Of a DNA stretch of 64,000 nt, positions 12,104-25,734 are shown one piece after another (positions within the stretch are counted from its first letter, which is position 1; each line of letters starts with the position of its first letter). Origin of the DNA: Octopus sinensis (lineage: Eukaryota); contig NC_043001.1 of NCBI RefSeq assembly GCF_006345805.1, positions 67,394,001-67,458,000 on the forward strand, given 5' to 3'. The notes beneath the pieces are model-generated. The model did not search any database. It saw only the letters and a list, made by a program, of their open reading frames with translations, and was not told the DNA's origin. The position numbers and the translations under genes were made by a program.

Positions 12104-13783
12104 CTAACAAAGATTCCCGGCTTTGCTTTTTTTTTATATTTTTTCTAATGAACTGGAATACTTATGATTTGAATTTCATCAAAATTGCAGATGAAGAATT
12201 TTAATGAGGGTTCTTTCTCTCTTTACACACCCTAACAAAAATTCTAATCATGACATATTTATCCCATACTACTCATCTTTATGCCCAGATTCCAAAATCC
12301 AAATCTTATGAAACCTATTCAAAGGTTTTTGCTCTTGAAAAATGGAGCACACAGAGCACATGGAGCTCTAAAATGTGGGAGTTAAGGCACCTAGAGAAGT
12401 TGAATTGTTGGGAATCTTTTTAACTTGGGTCTTATATCTATTGTTAAAATTTCTTTGAAATCGGAAATATATGTATAATCACTAAGTTTGTAAAAGAGAG
12501 CAAAGCTACAGGAAACCAAACATTGAATGATCACAATAAGCAATCAGCTACCCTACCCTAGTCGTTGCCACTCCCCAGTGTAGGATTCCTCACCATAGAG
12601 GTGACGGGCACAGCCATAAGATGCATTACAGATCTATAGCAATTGGAAGGGTGTGACCCAACTCAAATAAACATTAACAACTGTGTGACATGAGGGCTAA
12701 GGGGTAATGAAAGAGTCACTTCTGGAGTTTGCCAAAGATCACTATGACGATAGGTAACTAGACAGAATAAATTTGCAATCTATGAATCTCTTTGAATAAC
12801 CAGTCACCTATCTGGGAAGGCCTTGATATCAATGTGACCATCTGGGGACTATCTCTGACCTAGTGATAATAAAACTACTGAAAGGAAGTCTGCAACCAAA
12901 TAACTTTACTCAACACTTTGCAACTGAATCAGTAGAGGCAAAGATGCCTCTCCTTTACTTGACAATTTATGCACCACATTGCAGAAATCACAATCTAAGT
13001 ATATTTCAAATCAAAGTCTTACATTGTAGTACCATTGAATTACAAATAACACTCATCTTGTATGCTTGGGTGACCCTACAGCTTCCAAGAGTATTCGTCT
13101 TGGCTTAGGAAAAAATGACTAAATCGTGGGGGTTAAGGGGTCTTACAAACTTCTAAGAAGTTGAAATTCTAGAAATATTACTTCATTTGTGTCTAATATC
13201 TATGGTTAAAATTTCATCTACAGCAAAAATATATGAATTTTCATGGGGGTTATGACATCATTTATGCCCCCTCACTTTCAAAGATATACTGCATTACATC
13301 TGTTCTTATGCATAGAATATAATTTCCAAATTTCATAAAGATCCATTCAATACTTTTGACCTAGTTTTGGATCATAAAAAATGACTAAAATTTGGGAGTT
13401 ATTTGGGGTTTTAGAATCCTCATGAGAAGCAGAAACTTTGGGAATACTTCCTGATGTGTTTCAATTACCTATGGTTGAAATTTCATCAACATTCGAAATT
13501 TATGAATTTTCGTGGGGCGGTTTTGCCCCCTTTAAGCTACCTCAAATTCAAACCAAACATACTGCATTATGCCTGCCCTCATGCATTGAATCTAAGTTCC
13601 AAATATCATAAGGATCCATTTAGTAATTTTGGTCCATGAAATTGTTTGAAACATACAGCATCATACAGCTTCTTTCTAGGCTTGGATTTTGTGTTCCAAA
13701 TTTCCTTAGGATCAGTGCAGTAGTTTTTGAATCTCAAAGTAACACACAAACACACATAAAGACATTGACTTTTATATATTAGA
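12104..13783 (-). mobile_element. Non-autonomous Helitron-like element with ~267-bp diverged internal repeats and an inserted RTE endonuclease fragment (about 12490-13110)
   Basis: Minus-strand 5' end A|TCTAATATATAAAAG at 13783; 3' end gcaaagccggg...TTAG|T at 12104; repeats at 13110-13376 and 13377-13640; RNER..LLEFAKDH-like APE remnant near 12700-12770. Confidence 0.6.
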
Positions 13784-13824
13784 TATAAATATGCACATAT
13801 ACATACATGTGTGTGTGTGCGTGC

Positions 13825-13855
<31 letters not shown>

Positions 13856-14325
13856 ATACTCACACACACACACATATATATACATACAGAAAGATAGATT
13901 GATAGATACAATTGAGTGAGCAAACAAAAATATGAGACACCGCCCTAAAGACTTTTTTGTCGAATGAATCGACCCCAGTGCTTTTTTCTTTATTTTGATG
14001 AGCCTGGTACTTATTCTATCAGTCTCTTCTCCTCAAACCAGTAAGATATGGAAATATAAATAAACCAACAGCAGTTATCAAGCAGTGATGAGGGAGCAAC
14101 ACAGACACAAAGACACACACATACACTTACATATATACATATAAATACGATTGATTTCTTTCAGTTTCTGTCTACAAAATCCACTGACAAGGCTTTGGTT
14201 GGTCTGAGGCTATAGCAGAAGATACATGCCAAGTTACCACACATTGGGACTGAACCCTGGACCATGTGTTTTGGAACCAAGTTTCTTACCACACACCCAC
14301 ACCTGCACCTATGTGTGTGTGTGTG

Positions 14326-14367
<42 letters not shown>

Positions 14368-14583
14368 TGTAAATATGTGTATATACACATATACATCTAT
14401 ATATATATATACACATATATACATACATATACATACATATATATACTTATATATATATATACATACATATATAAACATATAAATGTATATATATATACAT
14501 CTATACATATACATCTATACATAAACATTTATACATATGCATCTATATATATACATCTATATATATATATACATAATATATAT

Positions 14584-14630
<47 letters not shown>

Positions 14631-14669
14631 TGTGTGTGTATGAATGCCTGTATATATGTGAGATAATAG

Positions 14670-14717
14670 TTTCACTTTAATAGTTTCAGTATTAATAGTG
14701 AAACTATTAAAGTGAAA
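14670..14717. repeat. 48-bp near-perfect palindrome
   Basis: tttcactttaatagtttca-gtattaatag-tgaaactattaaagtgaaa (19-bp perfect arms; loop itself self-complementary except one G/G pair). Confidence 0.95.
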
Positions 14718-14719
14718 GT

Positions 14720-14990
14720 ATCTGACATTACACTAGAGAGATGTTCTTGTTTCACTTTTGACATGTAATACTGAAATAGAGGAAAAGCTAAGAGATTGTT
14801 CTGGGCTCACATTAGGCAAGAAGTTGAAATTTGTTTTGGCCCATGCAACTACATGGACCCTAAGAAAGTCATGTATAAAATTTGAATGAAATCGTTTGTG
14901 CAGTTCTCGAGTTTTAGGGATTTACACAGACTGACAGATAAACAGACACATTCTCATCTTTATATATATATATATAGAAGATAGAAGATA
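14720..14990 (-). mobile_element. 5' fragment of a non-autonomous Helitron-like element
   Basis: Minus strand begins atcttctatatatatatataaagatgagaatgtgtctg, the same style as the 5' ends at 13783 and 28267. Confidence 0.5.
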
Positions 14991-15814
14991 GAAGATATAT
15001 GACAGGAGAGAAAACTGTACACCATTATACTGGATATTAACACATACACACATACATACATGATAGTTGTAATTTGATTTTAAGCAATGCCATAGCTTAA
15101 TTGTTCTTTTGAGCATGAACTGCACAGATGTAGCTTTTCAGTCCTGTTAGAGAACCACACTTCTCTACATAGATGTGACAATGATGGAAGCCTCTTGCAG
15201 CTAGAGTTCAGAGAGTTTCTACTTATTCTGACATATGCCTTCATTCTATCATGGAATTTTTCATTGATTGTTTTGTTTGGCTATGGCTAACCATAGTAGG
15301 AAACACATAACATGTTATTAGAGATATCAAAACTCAAGCATGCTTGTACCTGAAGCTTTTCTGAATTATGTGTACATCTGCCCTGTAAAGAAGAACTAAT
15401 CCTTATTGTTTGAGACAAACAAAGTTGCAGGTTTTACATTCAAGTTTTCCTTTTCTAGGGAGATATCTAAACAAAGGCTAAACCTTTAGCATTTAAAACA
15501 TCCTGCCAAAATGTTCTGCATCTTTTAAGTTCAAACCAGCCAGATCTGGTCTCTCACACCTACATTGCAGTTATTCTAAAAAGAAGCTATCACATCATCA
15601 AAATCAAGATGCTGTGAGATAATGCATCATTAATTCAAATCAATGAGAATAAATAGGCAATATATTTGGTAGAACTTGCTCCTGGGTGGATGTTGTTTAC
15701 CTGGACTTTGCTAAGGCTTTTAATTTTGTGCCACACAAAAGACTTATGGTGAAACTCTCTGTAATGGGTGTAAGAGATGATCTCTATAAGTAGTTGAAGT
15801 CCTTCATTATCGGC

Positions 15815-16950
15815 CAAAAAGAGGACAGCACTCTTCACCCTGGTGTACCACAGGGATCTGTTCTTCGCCCCCTTTTATTTGTTGCATGTGTTAATGATAT
15901 AGATGCCAACTTAAAGAATGCCACAGTGCTGAAATATGCAGATGACATCAAGCTGTACCTCGAAATAAAGAGATCAGATCCTGTACACTATAGATCTCTA
16001 TTGCAATCAGACCTGGACACAATGCAGCAGTGGATCATGGACTGGCCACTCAAGCTGGCTGTGGACAAATGTACCACCATGCATTTTGGGAGGAAAAACC
16101 CAGCGTCTACTTACTCCCTCCACAACACTAATCTCAAAAAGTCTTCTTGTGAACGTGACCTGGGCATTATTGTCAACAGCGGTTTGCGTTGGACAAAACA
16201 CATTGCTAAAATTGCCAAGAAAGCTGAGGGTGTCTTGAAATCACTCACCAAGTCTTTTGTGAGCCGCTCTCCAGCTATCTATCTGAGGCTTTATATAGCT
16301 ATGGTTTGGCCTCACCTAGAATTTGCATCACCGGTCTGGAACCCCTATCTTGCCCAGGATATTAATCATCTGGAAACCGTTTAGCGACGTGCAACCAAGA
16401 GAATACCCTCCATCAGGCATTTGCCATATTCTGAACGCCTTACTTCCCTGGGCATGGATACATTGAAACTCCGACGTCTGGCAGCTGACTTGGCAGACAC
16501 CCATAAAATTTTTAACCATCTTACTAACAATAATTCTGAGCACCTTTTCAAACTCCACCTGTCTAACACCCATGGACATGTTTACAAAGTCAGAAAACAG
16601 CACAGCTCCCATGACTTTCGGAAATATTTTTTCATGCTAAGAGTTGCTGACGTATGGAACGAACTGCCGGCATCGGTTGTTAGTTGTTGGAGCACTACAT
16701 CCTTCTAAACTTCCATGCTTCCTGAGATTCGCCAACACTACACCTGATTTTCTCCCCTCCATACACATGCTAGCATGTACCTGACTCATACGCTGTTCAC
16801 TTCCCAAACATTTGTACATTACTGTATATACTTTATACGCACTTTTGACAAGTTGTGGTGCACCTGAGCACTGTATACAATAATTTCATTATTATGATTA
16901 TTATTATTATTATTATTATTAATAATATTATTATTATTATTATTATAATT
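15815..16950 (+). mobile_element. 5'-truncated CR1/L2-group LINE: RT domain C-half plus 3' UTR and (TTA)n tail
   Basis: ORF 15794-16384 has GVPQGSVLRPLLF, KYADD, ERDLGI and HLEFASPVWNPY. The frame continues after TAG (16382-16384) into RRATKRIPSIRHLPYSERLTSLGMDTLKLRRL. Confidence 0.92.
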
Positions 16951-17333
16951 ATCTGAATTCTAAAAGGGAAAGGGTCTCTCATGTAGCATGTAAGGCTCTA
17001 TGTATGTATGCCAAGAGCAATACATGTCACAAATGCACACAAGGGATGGAATTTGACCCCCCCCACAAAAAAAATGTTGATATTTCTGAGTTGAACACAG
17101 AAAAACTGTTTTCCAAACACAAGACTTTTACTTCAGTGCTCTCTCTTCTCCCCCCCCCAAATGTTAAATGTACTATGAACCTATGAACATAAACAGATTG
17201 ACCAAAGAATACCATTCCAGACTTTAAAAATTATGGTAGTCAGAGTTTCCTTGTGACTAGACAACATCCCACAATGCATTTGCAGAAACCATACTGATGC
17301 TAATATTTGAAATAGCTGACTGCTCTCTTTCAG

Positions 17334-17389
17334 ACTCATGAACATTGCATAATGTCACATCTCACTGCTTACTCTTTTGCAATCCAAGG
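17334..17389 (+). CDS. Candidate exon E2 (THEHCIMSHLTAYSFAIQ-G)
   Basis: Branch-like gctgac plus tgctctctttcAG; only frame 0 is open; donor AGG|gtagga. Phase 0 in and phase 2 out, compatible with E1 and E3. Confidence 0.5.
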
Positions 17390-17807
17390 GTAGGAGGTTG
17401 CTATAAAATATCTTATGACCAATTGAAACAGTGAAGTTCTTAAATTCCCAAGCTGTAACTATAAACGTCAACTATGTTCTATTTCTCTGTTAAGATATTA
17501 CATGTGATTTAAAGCTGCCCTAAAATGTAATCAACATTCTATTTCTCATGGCAGCATGATGTTGCAAAAGCAAACTACAATGCCATCTGTAGGAAAGACT
17601 GTCATGGTATAAATAACAACACCCCTGTTGTTGAATTTATACATATACAAGACTATCCGTGACCCGTTAGTTCACCTGGAAAGTCTGAGTTTCCCAGCAG
17701 TGGTGTTTTGTTTCATGGGATTTTTTTCTTTTCCAGGTTATATCACATGCTTTCAATGAATGTGACATCGAAATCACACGTAAACAGCTCCTTTCCCCAG
17801 AAAAGCA

Positions 17808-17923
17808 AGATTTGGCTGCAATTTCTTGCATGCCCTGCTACCACGTAACAGGTATTTTGGGGTCTTTTATCGCAAATAGCTGTTACGTGGTAGCAGGGTG
17901 TGCTAGAAATAGCAGCCAAATCT
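17808..17923. repeat. Fold-back (about 50-bp imperfect inverted arms)
   Basis: agatttggctgc..ccctgctaccacgtaacag / ctgttacgtggtagcaggg..gcagccaaatct. Confidence 0.9.
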
Positions 17924-17984
17924 TTGGAGCTGAGATACGTTGAATGCACTTGGAAAAATTTTTGTTATGGTATTATTCCTTTGA

Positions 17985-18154
17985 GGCGATCTTTTGCTTT
18001 GATTCTCAGAACTGTCGCTTTGACTCTCAGAACTATCATCTGGATCAGCTGGTTTTGTTCATTAATTTCCGTAAATTTTTTTATTTATTTGCTTTTGTTT
18101 TAAAGTGAAAGATAGGAGAAAGTGAAAGATGTATTAAACATGTATATGAAATGG

Positions 18155-18192
<38 letters not shown>

Positions 18193-18548
18193 GAGAGAGA
18201 AAGAGAAAAAGAGCCACTTACACATGCATGAGAACACACATGTTCACTCACACACTCTCTCTTTCTCCCTCTCTCACACACATGCACACGTACATACAAA
18301 AAAGATGTACACATGTATTGATGTATGTACATATACATGACAACACACCCCTTCACTCACTCTCTCTCTTTCTCTCTCTCTTCTCTCTCTCTTTCTTTCA
18401 CACGCACATGTCCATTTTATATACATGTTCATACATCTTTCATTTTCTCCTCTCTTTCACTTTAAAACAAAAGTAAATAAATAAAAATGTTTTACGGAAA
18501 TTAACGAGCTCCAAATGACAGTTCTGAGAATTAAAGTGAAAGATCGCC
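17985..18548. mobile_element. MITE-like fold-back element with about 200-bp imperfect inverted arms
   Basis: ggcgatcttt..ctcagaactgtc..ttttaaagtgaaaga..atggacatgtg is mirrored by acatgtccat..tttcacttttaaaa..gacagttctgag..aaagatcgcc. Confidence 0.75.
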
Positions 18549-18908
18549 AATCACTTGAAAATAATTTTTAAAAAAACATTAAAATATTTGTTTAAAGAAA
18601 GCTAAAATATAAATACTTACTGTACAAACAACTTACATTTTTGAAATCACATTCACTTAAAATATTTCTAAATGATTAAAATATTGTGTACGTGAAAAAG
18701 CTGATGTATTTTTTTCTTAGAGAGTGCGAAGACTATGTGTGTGTCTATGTTACAGATAGTAGACGTGTGTTTGTGTTGTTTGACATGCCATGGTATTCAT
18801 TGTATGTGTGTGTATTCCGTATGTGTTGATGTCATGGAAGCCATGTCTTTTTTTCACTCAAGAAATAACAAACAAAAATTGTGTTTAATCATTTTCATTA
18901 ATAAATAG

Positions 18909-18948
18909 AGGTCCAAATATTACAAAAATTTGTACTACACTGCTGAAG
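18909..18948 (+). CDS. Candidate exon E3 (-GPNITKICTTLLK)
   Basis: Acceptor ttttcattaataaatAG; 40 nt; perfect donor AAG|gtaagt at 18949; the phase 2-to-0 frame is open and completes the GG|A codon of E2. Confidence 0.55.
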
Positions 18949-19984
18949 GTAAGTATGAAAATAGATATGCAAAAAAAGTAAGATAAGATATATTATTTCT
19001 GAGATATTTCGGGTACACACAAACAACTCAAGAGTTTTAGTATTATTAAGATATATATGTATGTACATGTATGCATGCATTCATATGAAATCCACATCTG
19101 CCCAAGGTGTGTGGAAAATGACCATCATCCTATGCTCACCTGTGTGTCCTGGAGACTTCCAGTGACATCTTCTACTTGTCCTCATTATCTCTTTTCCTTT
19201 TGCCACTTGACTTATGAAGAAAGTGTGATGGCATTGGTGCTGGCGTCTTAGTTTGCAGAACAACCTGCACAATAAATATTATTATAGAAGGCATGGTTTG
19301 TGTAGAGCCAGTCCAACTCTTTCATCCTTCAATCTTGTGCTGGCCTGGTGCTACAAGTGGCCCAAGCCCAGGATGGAGGATTTGTATGGAGTCACTGTCC
19401 CTGCATGCATATCTACACAAATACATACCAACACAAATAATATTGATGGAACATTCCCGTAAAAAACTTTGACTGTTTGCAAACCGACTTGTTTTAGATA
19501 TTTAGGACAAGAAAGAAAAACCATGCACAGTCAAAGAACTGCCCTGCAGATGTGAACATCATTACCAAAGTCAGAGAGAAGGAAAATACAAGGGTAAGTG
19601 GCTGTGTTCAGTTCTGGGTTCAGTCGCACTGTGAGACACCTTGGGCAAGTCTCTTCTACTGTAGCCTTGGGTTGACTAAAGTTATGTGAGTGGATTTGGT
19701 AGATGGAAACTGAAAGAAGCTCACTGTGTGTGTGTGTGCCTTTGTGTCTGTGTTTGTCCTCTACTACCACTTGACAACTGGCGTTGGTGTGTTTACATCC
19801 CCATAATTTTGTGGTTTCTCAAAAGAAACTGATAGAAATAGTACCAGGCTTAACAAAAAAATAAGTACTGGGGTCGATGTATTTGACCAAAACGTTTTCA
19901 AAGCAGTGCCTCAGCATGGCCAAAGTCTAATGACTGAAACAAGTTAAAAATAAAAGAACTCTTTATTCTGTAATTCATTAAAGT

Positions 19985-21188
19985 GCAAGGATTGAGCAGT
20001 AACATCATTTTCCAACATAGTCTTGCTTTCCAATGCAGTTCACAAGTTTGCTTATTCCATTGGAGAAGATTGTCAGCTGGCTGTACAGACATTTATGCAC
20101 CCCTCCCTGCACTTCTTCATCTGTAGTAAATTGACGATTTCATAAAGGATGCTTGGGCAATCCAAAGAGCTGATAGTTGGAAGAGACATGATCTGGACTG
20201 TATGCAGGGTGTCCCAGCAGCACGAAACCCAATTTTTCAATGGTTTCAACAGTGTGGGTGGCTGTATGTGGCTGCAGGCATAGTCATGCAACTTGCTTTG
20301 ATAACAAACCTCAGTGTTTGGTGTGAATGGCTGGTTTCAGTTTGTTGACCAGCATCTCACTGTAGCCTTCACTGCTGACAGTAGACCCCCTTTGCAGGTA
20401 ATGTTCCTGTATAGGCCGCCCTTTTGTATCCCAGAAAACAGTCAACATCACTTTTTCAGCAGAAGTTTGAGTCTTAAATTACTTTATCGTTGGTAATTTC
20501 AGGAGTTTTCACCCTATACTCTGCCTTTTGGATTCTGGCTCAAAGTGATACACCCAGGTCTCATTTCCTGTGACTATTCTCTCAAAAAAAAAAAATGTCT
20601 TCATCGTTGAAGTGGTTGAGTAAGTGTTGACAGATCTCCACATGATTGTGTTTATGCATTTCAGTAAACTCTCTTGACACTCATCTCACACAAACTTTAT
20701 GGAAGTGAAGTTTGTTGTGGATGATTTCATATGCAGAACCCTAACTAATTTACAGAGAACATGTCACCTCAACGATAGTAACTTATTAGTTCACCAGAAC
20801 TGTCTTTTGAGTTTGTTGAATCTTCATGTCAGAGGTGTAAGTTGAGAGGAAAATCTGCTTCCTCTTCACGCTTCACATTTGTCTGGCCCTTTTAAAACTT
20901 CTTGATACACTCATACACACTTCTACTGAAAGCCTGCAATGAATTTCAGCCCCTGACATAACTTCAGATCAGAGAAATTGGATCACTGATCTCTTTTCTT
21001 CCTTGGGGAACAGTGCAGGTGAAGCAGTCACGTTTACTCTGTAACACAAAAAAGAAAACTGGAGTGATCAATGTCAAACCTCAGTTAGGCAACCACAAGA
21101 GTACCACCTTTTAGCACGCAAGCACTGAAATCCATGTGGCCAACCTGAAGAAAGTTTTAGCAAAAGTTCAGGTAATTTTTGACTTCCC
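19985..21188 (-). pseudogene. Degenerate near-full-length mariner transposon
   Basis: 5' TIR TA|gggaagtcaaaaatta at 21188. Minus-strand pieces read KEEKRSVIQFL, RIVTGNETWVYHFEPESKRQS, KVMLTVFWD and HPAYSPDH, with many stops. The 3' TIR is not seen. Confidence 0.85.
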
Positions 21189-22158
21189 TATCTATGGACA
21201 ACTCTTTCAAAATCTGCCACCAGGGCCATCAAGCAGCATTATATAGTACTGGATAAATCAATAGACTGGGCCCTATAGAATATATATTTTTAGACAGCAA
21301 ACCATGCAACAAACATAGATCAGAACTGGGTCCTGAGACCCATGAGGCTCTCATGCAACTGCCTACTATGTTCATGTTTTAAGACAGCAGTGCCTGTAGT
21401 TTCTCTATTCTGGTTACAAATTCACATTTGCACCAATAATCATTGGTACACTTGGTTATGTTAATAAATGCCGAAGTGACAATCTGGAAAAGTAAGGATT
21501 TTTAAATAAGGAAGGAGACCTGCTAACACAAAATTTATAGACATACATACAAACACATACACATACATACAAACATACATATACATAAAAACAAATACAC
21601 ATGCATACAAACACATACACATACATTTGTGATTAGTACTATATGCACTTTGTCATGCATTCACAACTGCATGCAGCCTGTTTTACACATGAAACCATCA
21701 TGCAACCTCCCCACCTTATATATGCAACTTTCTTCCTCACACATCCTCCACCCATCCTCTCTCATTCATATACACTCTCACTTCTTTCTCTCCTTCCCTC
21801 CTTTTGCATAAAACACACTCTCCCCCACCCCCTCTAATATATTAAACCTCACAGACATTGCATGTACATGCATATCTCAACACACACATTAGCAACATGA
21901 ACTCATGAAGTTACATACACATACACACACATGAATCTAGACACAGAAAAATACATGCACATGCATCAATAATATGCACCTTTTGTGCATACATATATGT
22001 ATATGCACACACAAATGTATACTCATACAAAATATGGCTACACATTAACAATATGTACTGTCCACACACACACACACACACACATACATACATACATTCA
22101 TTCAAACACAGATTCACGTATTCCAGTATCCAACATTACCACATAGACATACACAGAA

Positions 22159-22199
<41 letters not shown>

Positions 22200-22301
22200 T
22201 AGAATCACTAATGCATGCAGTCCAGCAACTTGCATTTTTAGCACATATACATGCATGCACATTCATTCACATGCATATGTACATATGCATATGCACATAC
22301 A

Positions 22302-22354
<53 letters not shown>

Positions 22355-23272
22355 ACATATATATACAAGTATATATCACCATCATCACCCTTTAGCATTC
22401 GTTTTCCATGCTGACATGAGTTGGACATACATATATGTGTGTGTGTGTGTATACATACACACATATGTACTCTAACACCCAACATTACCATACAAACCAT
22501 ACACTTACACAGCAACATGCAAAGATGCACACATTAGAAAATCTATGCAAACTAATGCATGAGTGCCAGCATTGTGCACTCCCACATACACATAAACACA
22601 ACACACACTAATACACACTAAATACATACATATATGCACATATTTACAATACAAGTAAGATATTTTGTAGGTGAAAACACGTCACTCAATTCTGAATTCC
22701 TTATCCCCTTGCCCCCCCACCACCACCACCATCACACACACACTACTTTATTGCAAACCTTTTATTAAACAGTGGTTGTTGTTGTTGTTGCTGTAGAGTT
22801 CAGCAAAATTAGTTTTAAAGTAGGATAACAGTAGGGGGTGGTGCATCAGTAACAACAGCAACAGTAGCAGCAGCAGAAGAGGAAGAGAAAAATGCTGCAG
22901 CAGCAGCAGCATCAACATCAGCAACCACAATGGAGATGATGGGAGGGGAAGTCACTTAACTATGCGTCACTCATCATCTGTTACACATCTGAGAAACATC
23001 TCTGAAGGTTTTTTTTTGGTGTTGGAAAAGCAGGAATGTGGCAGAATAATTCAGTGCATAAGGTTGGCAGCAGAATGAAATGGAAGGGGAAGTGGGGTAT
23101 CAGGACAGACACTTAAAAGAAAAAAGAAGGAGGAAAGAGAAGGTAGGGGCAGTAAAGGGGTTGATTGTTGTATTGTATAGGATCTCTGGATTTGTTAATA
23201 TTAACTACTCTGAGATTTCCCCGAGTAAAGATAGAATAGAAACAGGTGTACATATTGGAGGTTGTGATGCAT

Positions 23273-23305
<33 letters not shown>

Positions 23306-23312
23306 TATATAC

Positions 23313-23371
<59 letters not shown>

Positions 23372-23475
23372 TAATCCAAACAAGAAAGCACAAAAATATA
23401 TATATAGATAGATAGATAGATAGATAGATACATACATACATACTTACATACTTATATATATATATGTGTGTGTGT

Positions 23476-23528
<53 letters not shown>

Positions 23529-23654
23529 TGTGTGTGTGTGTGTGTTTAGTATTGACTGCTGCAAGAAATACTATAGTAGAGTCATAATTTGCCTGATGAC
23601 TGCATGAACATACAGGTAAAACTCTGCAGTAACAAAACACTGATTCGAAATATG

Positions 23655-23851
<197 letters not shown>

Positions 23852-24249
23852 ATGTGTCTGTAACAATAAATATTTCAAAGATGGAGATTTTTATATTTTT
23901 ATTAATGCATTGCAACATATATTTGTCCTACACCACACAGAGTACCTCATACATAACAATCCCATACAGTTAACGCAGGAAGTTGAAAATAATATATGGT
24001 CATCAGGAACGAGTACCATAGGAGTTTTTATGAGCACACTCGTAAGCATTTACCGTATGCAAAACACAAGGATATGCACTAATCCCCTCTGTCTATTTTA
24101 GCATGGTTTCTATAACTGATATCCTTCTGATATTTAGCTGATATCCTTCTGAATGCCAACAATTTTACAAAGTGTATTAGATACTTTTTAAGTGATACTG
24201 GCACCAGTAAGGTCATGTATTAACTCATAAGACAAGACCACTCCTCAAC

Positions 24250-24690
24250 TGAGATGGGAACAATATTGAGGAAGAAAGTTTGGTGCCAGGTGATGAGAAG
24301 TAAAAGCATGACGGAAGGACAAGAACAGGTGTCGTGCTGTAAGGAGATATGAGGTTACCCTAGTTGGAAGCACAAAGAAATTGTATTGAAGATGTACCAG
24401 AACATACCCTCAAGGTACAGGAAGGTGAATATAAGGAAAGTTGTTTGAAAGATTGGATAGCATTCATAGTGTGTAAAAAGAGAATGGCAGATGGATAGAG
24501 ATGGGGGTAGAGGTGAATATAGTAAGTAGTAAATACAGGTCTGTGGGTAATCAATTTTGAATATCAGCTGGGGAGAAGGGAGTGGTAGGAATGGATCAGG
24601 GAGGTAATAGATGGCTGCACCTCAAAGAGGTTAGAGCACTGATGCCTAAATTTTTTGAGGCTGTTGCTCTCTTGGCACCCAAGCCACGTT
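24250..24690 (-). mobile_element. Highly decayed Penelope-like element fragment (post-RT region)
   Basis: Minus strand NSLKKFRHQCSNLFEVQ resembles the PLE motif SQFLRLRRLCS..F; the composition resembles similar tracts at 4000-4230 and 7235-7580. Confidence 0.35.
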
Positions 24691-25099
24691 CCTAGCACCC
24701 TCTCCCACACACCACCACAAATGTAAATCACTTTCTGAAGCAAATTCAAAGCAACTGTATTTCATAAATAAAACTTAAACGAATTAACCCATTATTTTGT
24801 TGTTTTTATATTCATCACCCCACTTTTGGCCTCCCCATTATTGCCCCACTTTTCTTCAACGAACCCCTGAATCTTTCCACCAAACCTAGTGGGTTAGTAC
24901 CACCCATTTTAGGAACCAATGGGTTAGAGTCTTGTCTGTTTCTTGCTTACTAGAACTCTGGCCTTTTCTATGTTAACTCTAAGGTATTTTAACTCCAGCT
25001 TTTGTTTCCACACCTGGAATTTCTTTTCTAATTCTGCTACACATTCCGCTATGAAAGAGAGATCATCATATTGTAGTACCGAGGGGCAATTAGTCTTAA

Positions 25100-25311
25100 T
25101 GATGAATAGGAGATGACTGAGCCCTGGTAAACTCCTACCTATACACTAAATTCAATGCTGAATTCATGGCTAACTCTCACTTTCCTGGCAATTCCTCCAT
25201 ACATGGATTGTACAGCTTTCACAAGCCATTCATCTGCCCCGCGCTTCCTCAGTGACCACCAGATCACTGAGCAAAGGACTATCTGAATATGTCTGTAATA
25301 GTGTGTGCACA
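25100..25311 (-). repeat. RTE RT-derived 212-bp segment, copy 1 (copy 2 at 31308-31519)
   Basis: Four mismatches between the copies by eye; minus strand reads LVVTEEARGR.MACESCTIHV..IARKVRVSHEFSIEFSV*VGV.QGSV (RTE RT). Confidence 0.9.
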
Positions 25312-25474
25312 TCTAAGTGTGTGTGTGTATGTAAGTGGAAATAAATGTGCTCGGTCTAATGCTCTTTGTAAATTGAATTTATAATTTGCTATCATCAATT
25401 GTCAATAACAGAAATGCGCATAACATATGAAATAAAAGAAATACCAAGTTCATGCTTCATGTTCTTCTTTCATT

Positions 25475-25531
<57 letters not shown>

Positions 25532-25734
25532 TGACAAAAAGATAAGAATAAAAGAATATATATATATATAGGTGTGGCTGTGCTATTAAGAAGATTGCTT
25601 TCTAGTTAAGTGATCTTGGGTTCAATCTCACAGTGTAGCACCTTAGAAAAGTCTCTTCTACTGTGACACCAAGGTGAACAAAACCTTGAGAGTGAATTAG
25701 TAGATTCAAACTGGAAGAAGCCAAATATATATAT

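Noticed and set aside
19081-19462. Possible coding sequence (CPRC...H..C-like) in non-repetitive DNA
   Set aside because: Frames are short with no convincing splice sites or motif spacing; it may be a decayed LINE C-terminus.
22790-22930. Poly-Q-like CAG/CAA tract
   Set aside because: Interrupted by stops in the Q frame and without splice signals.
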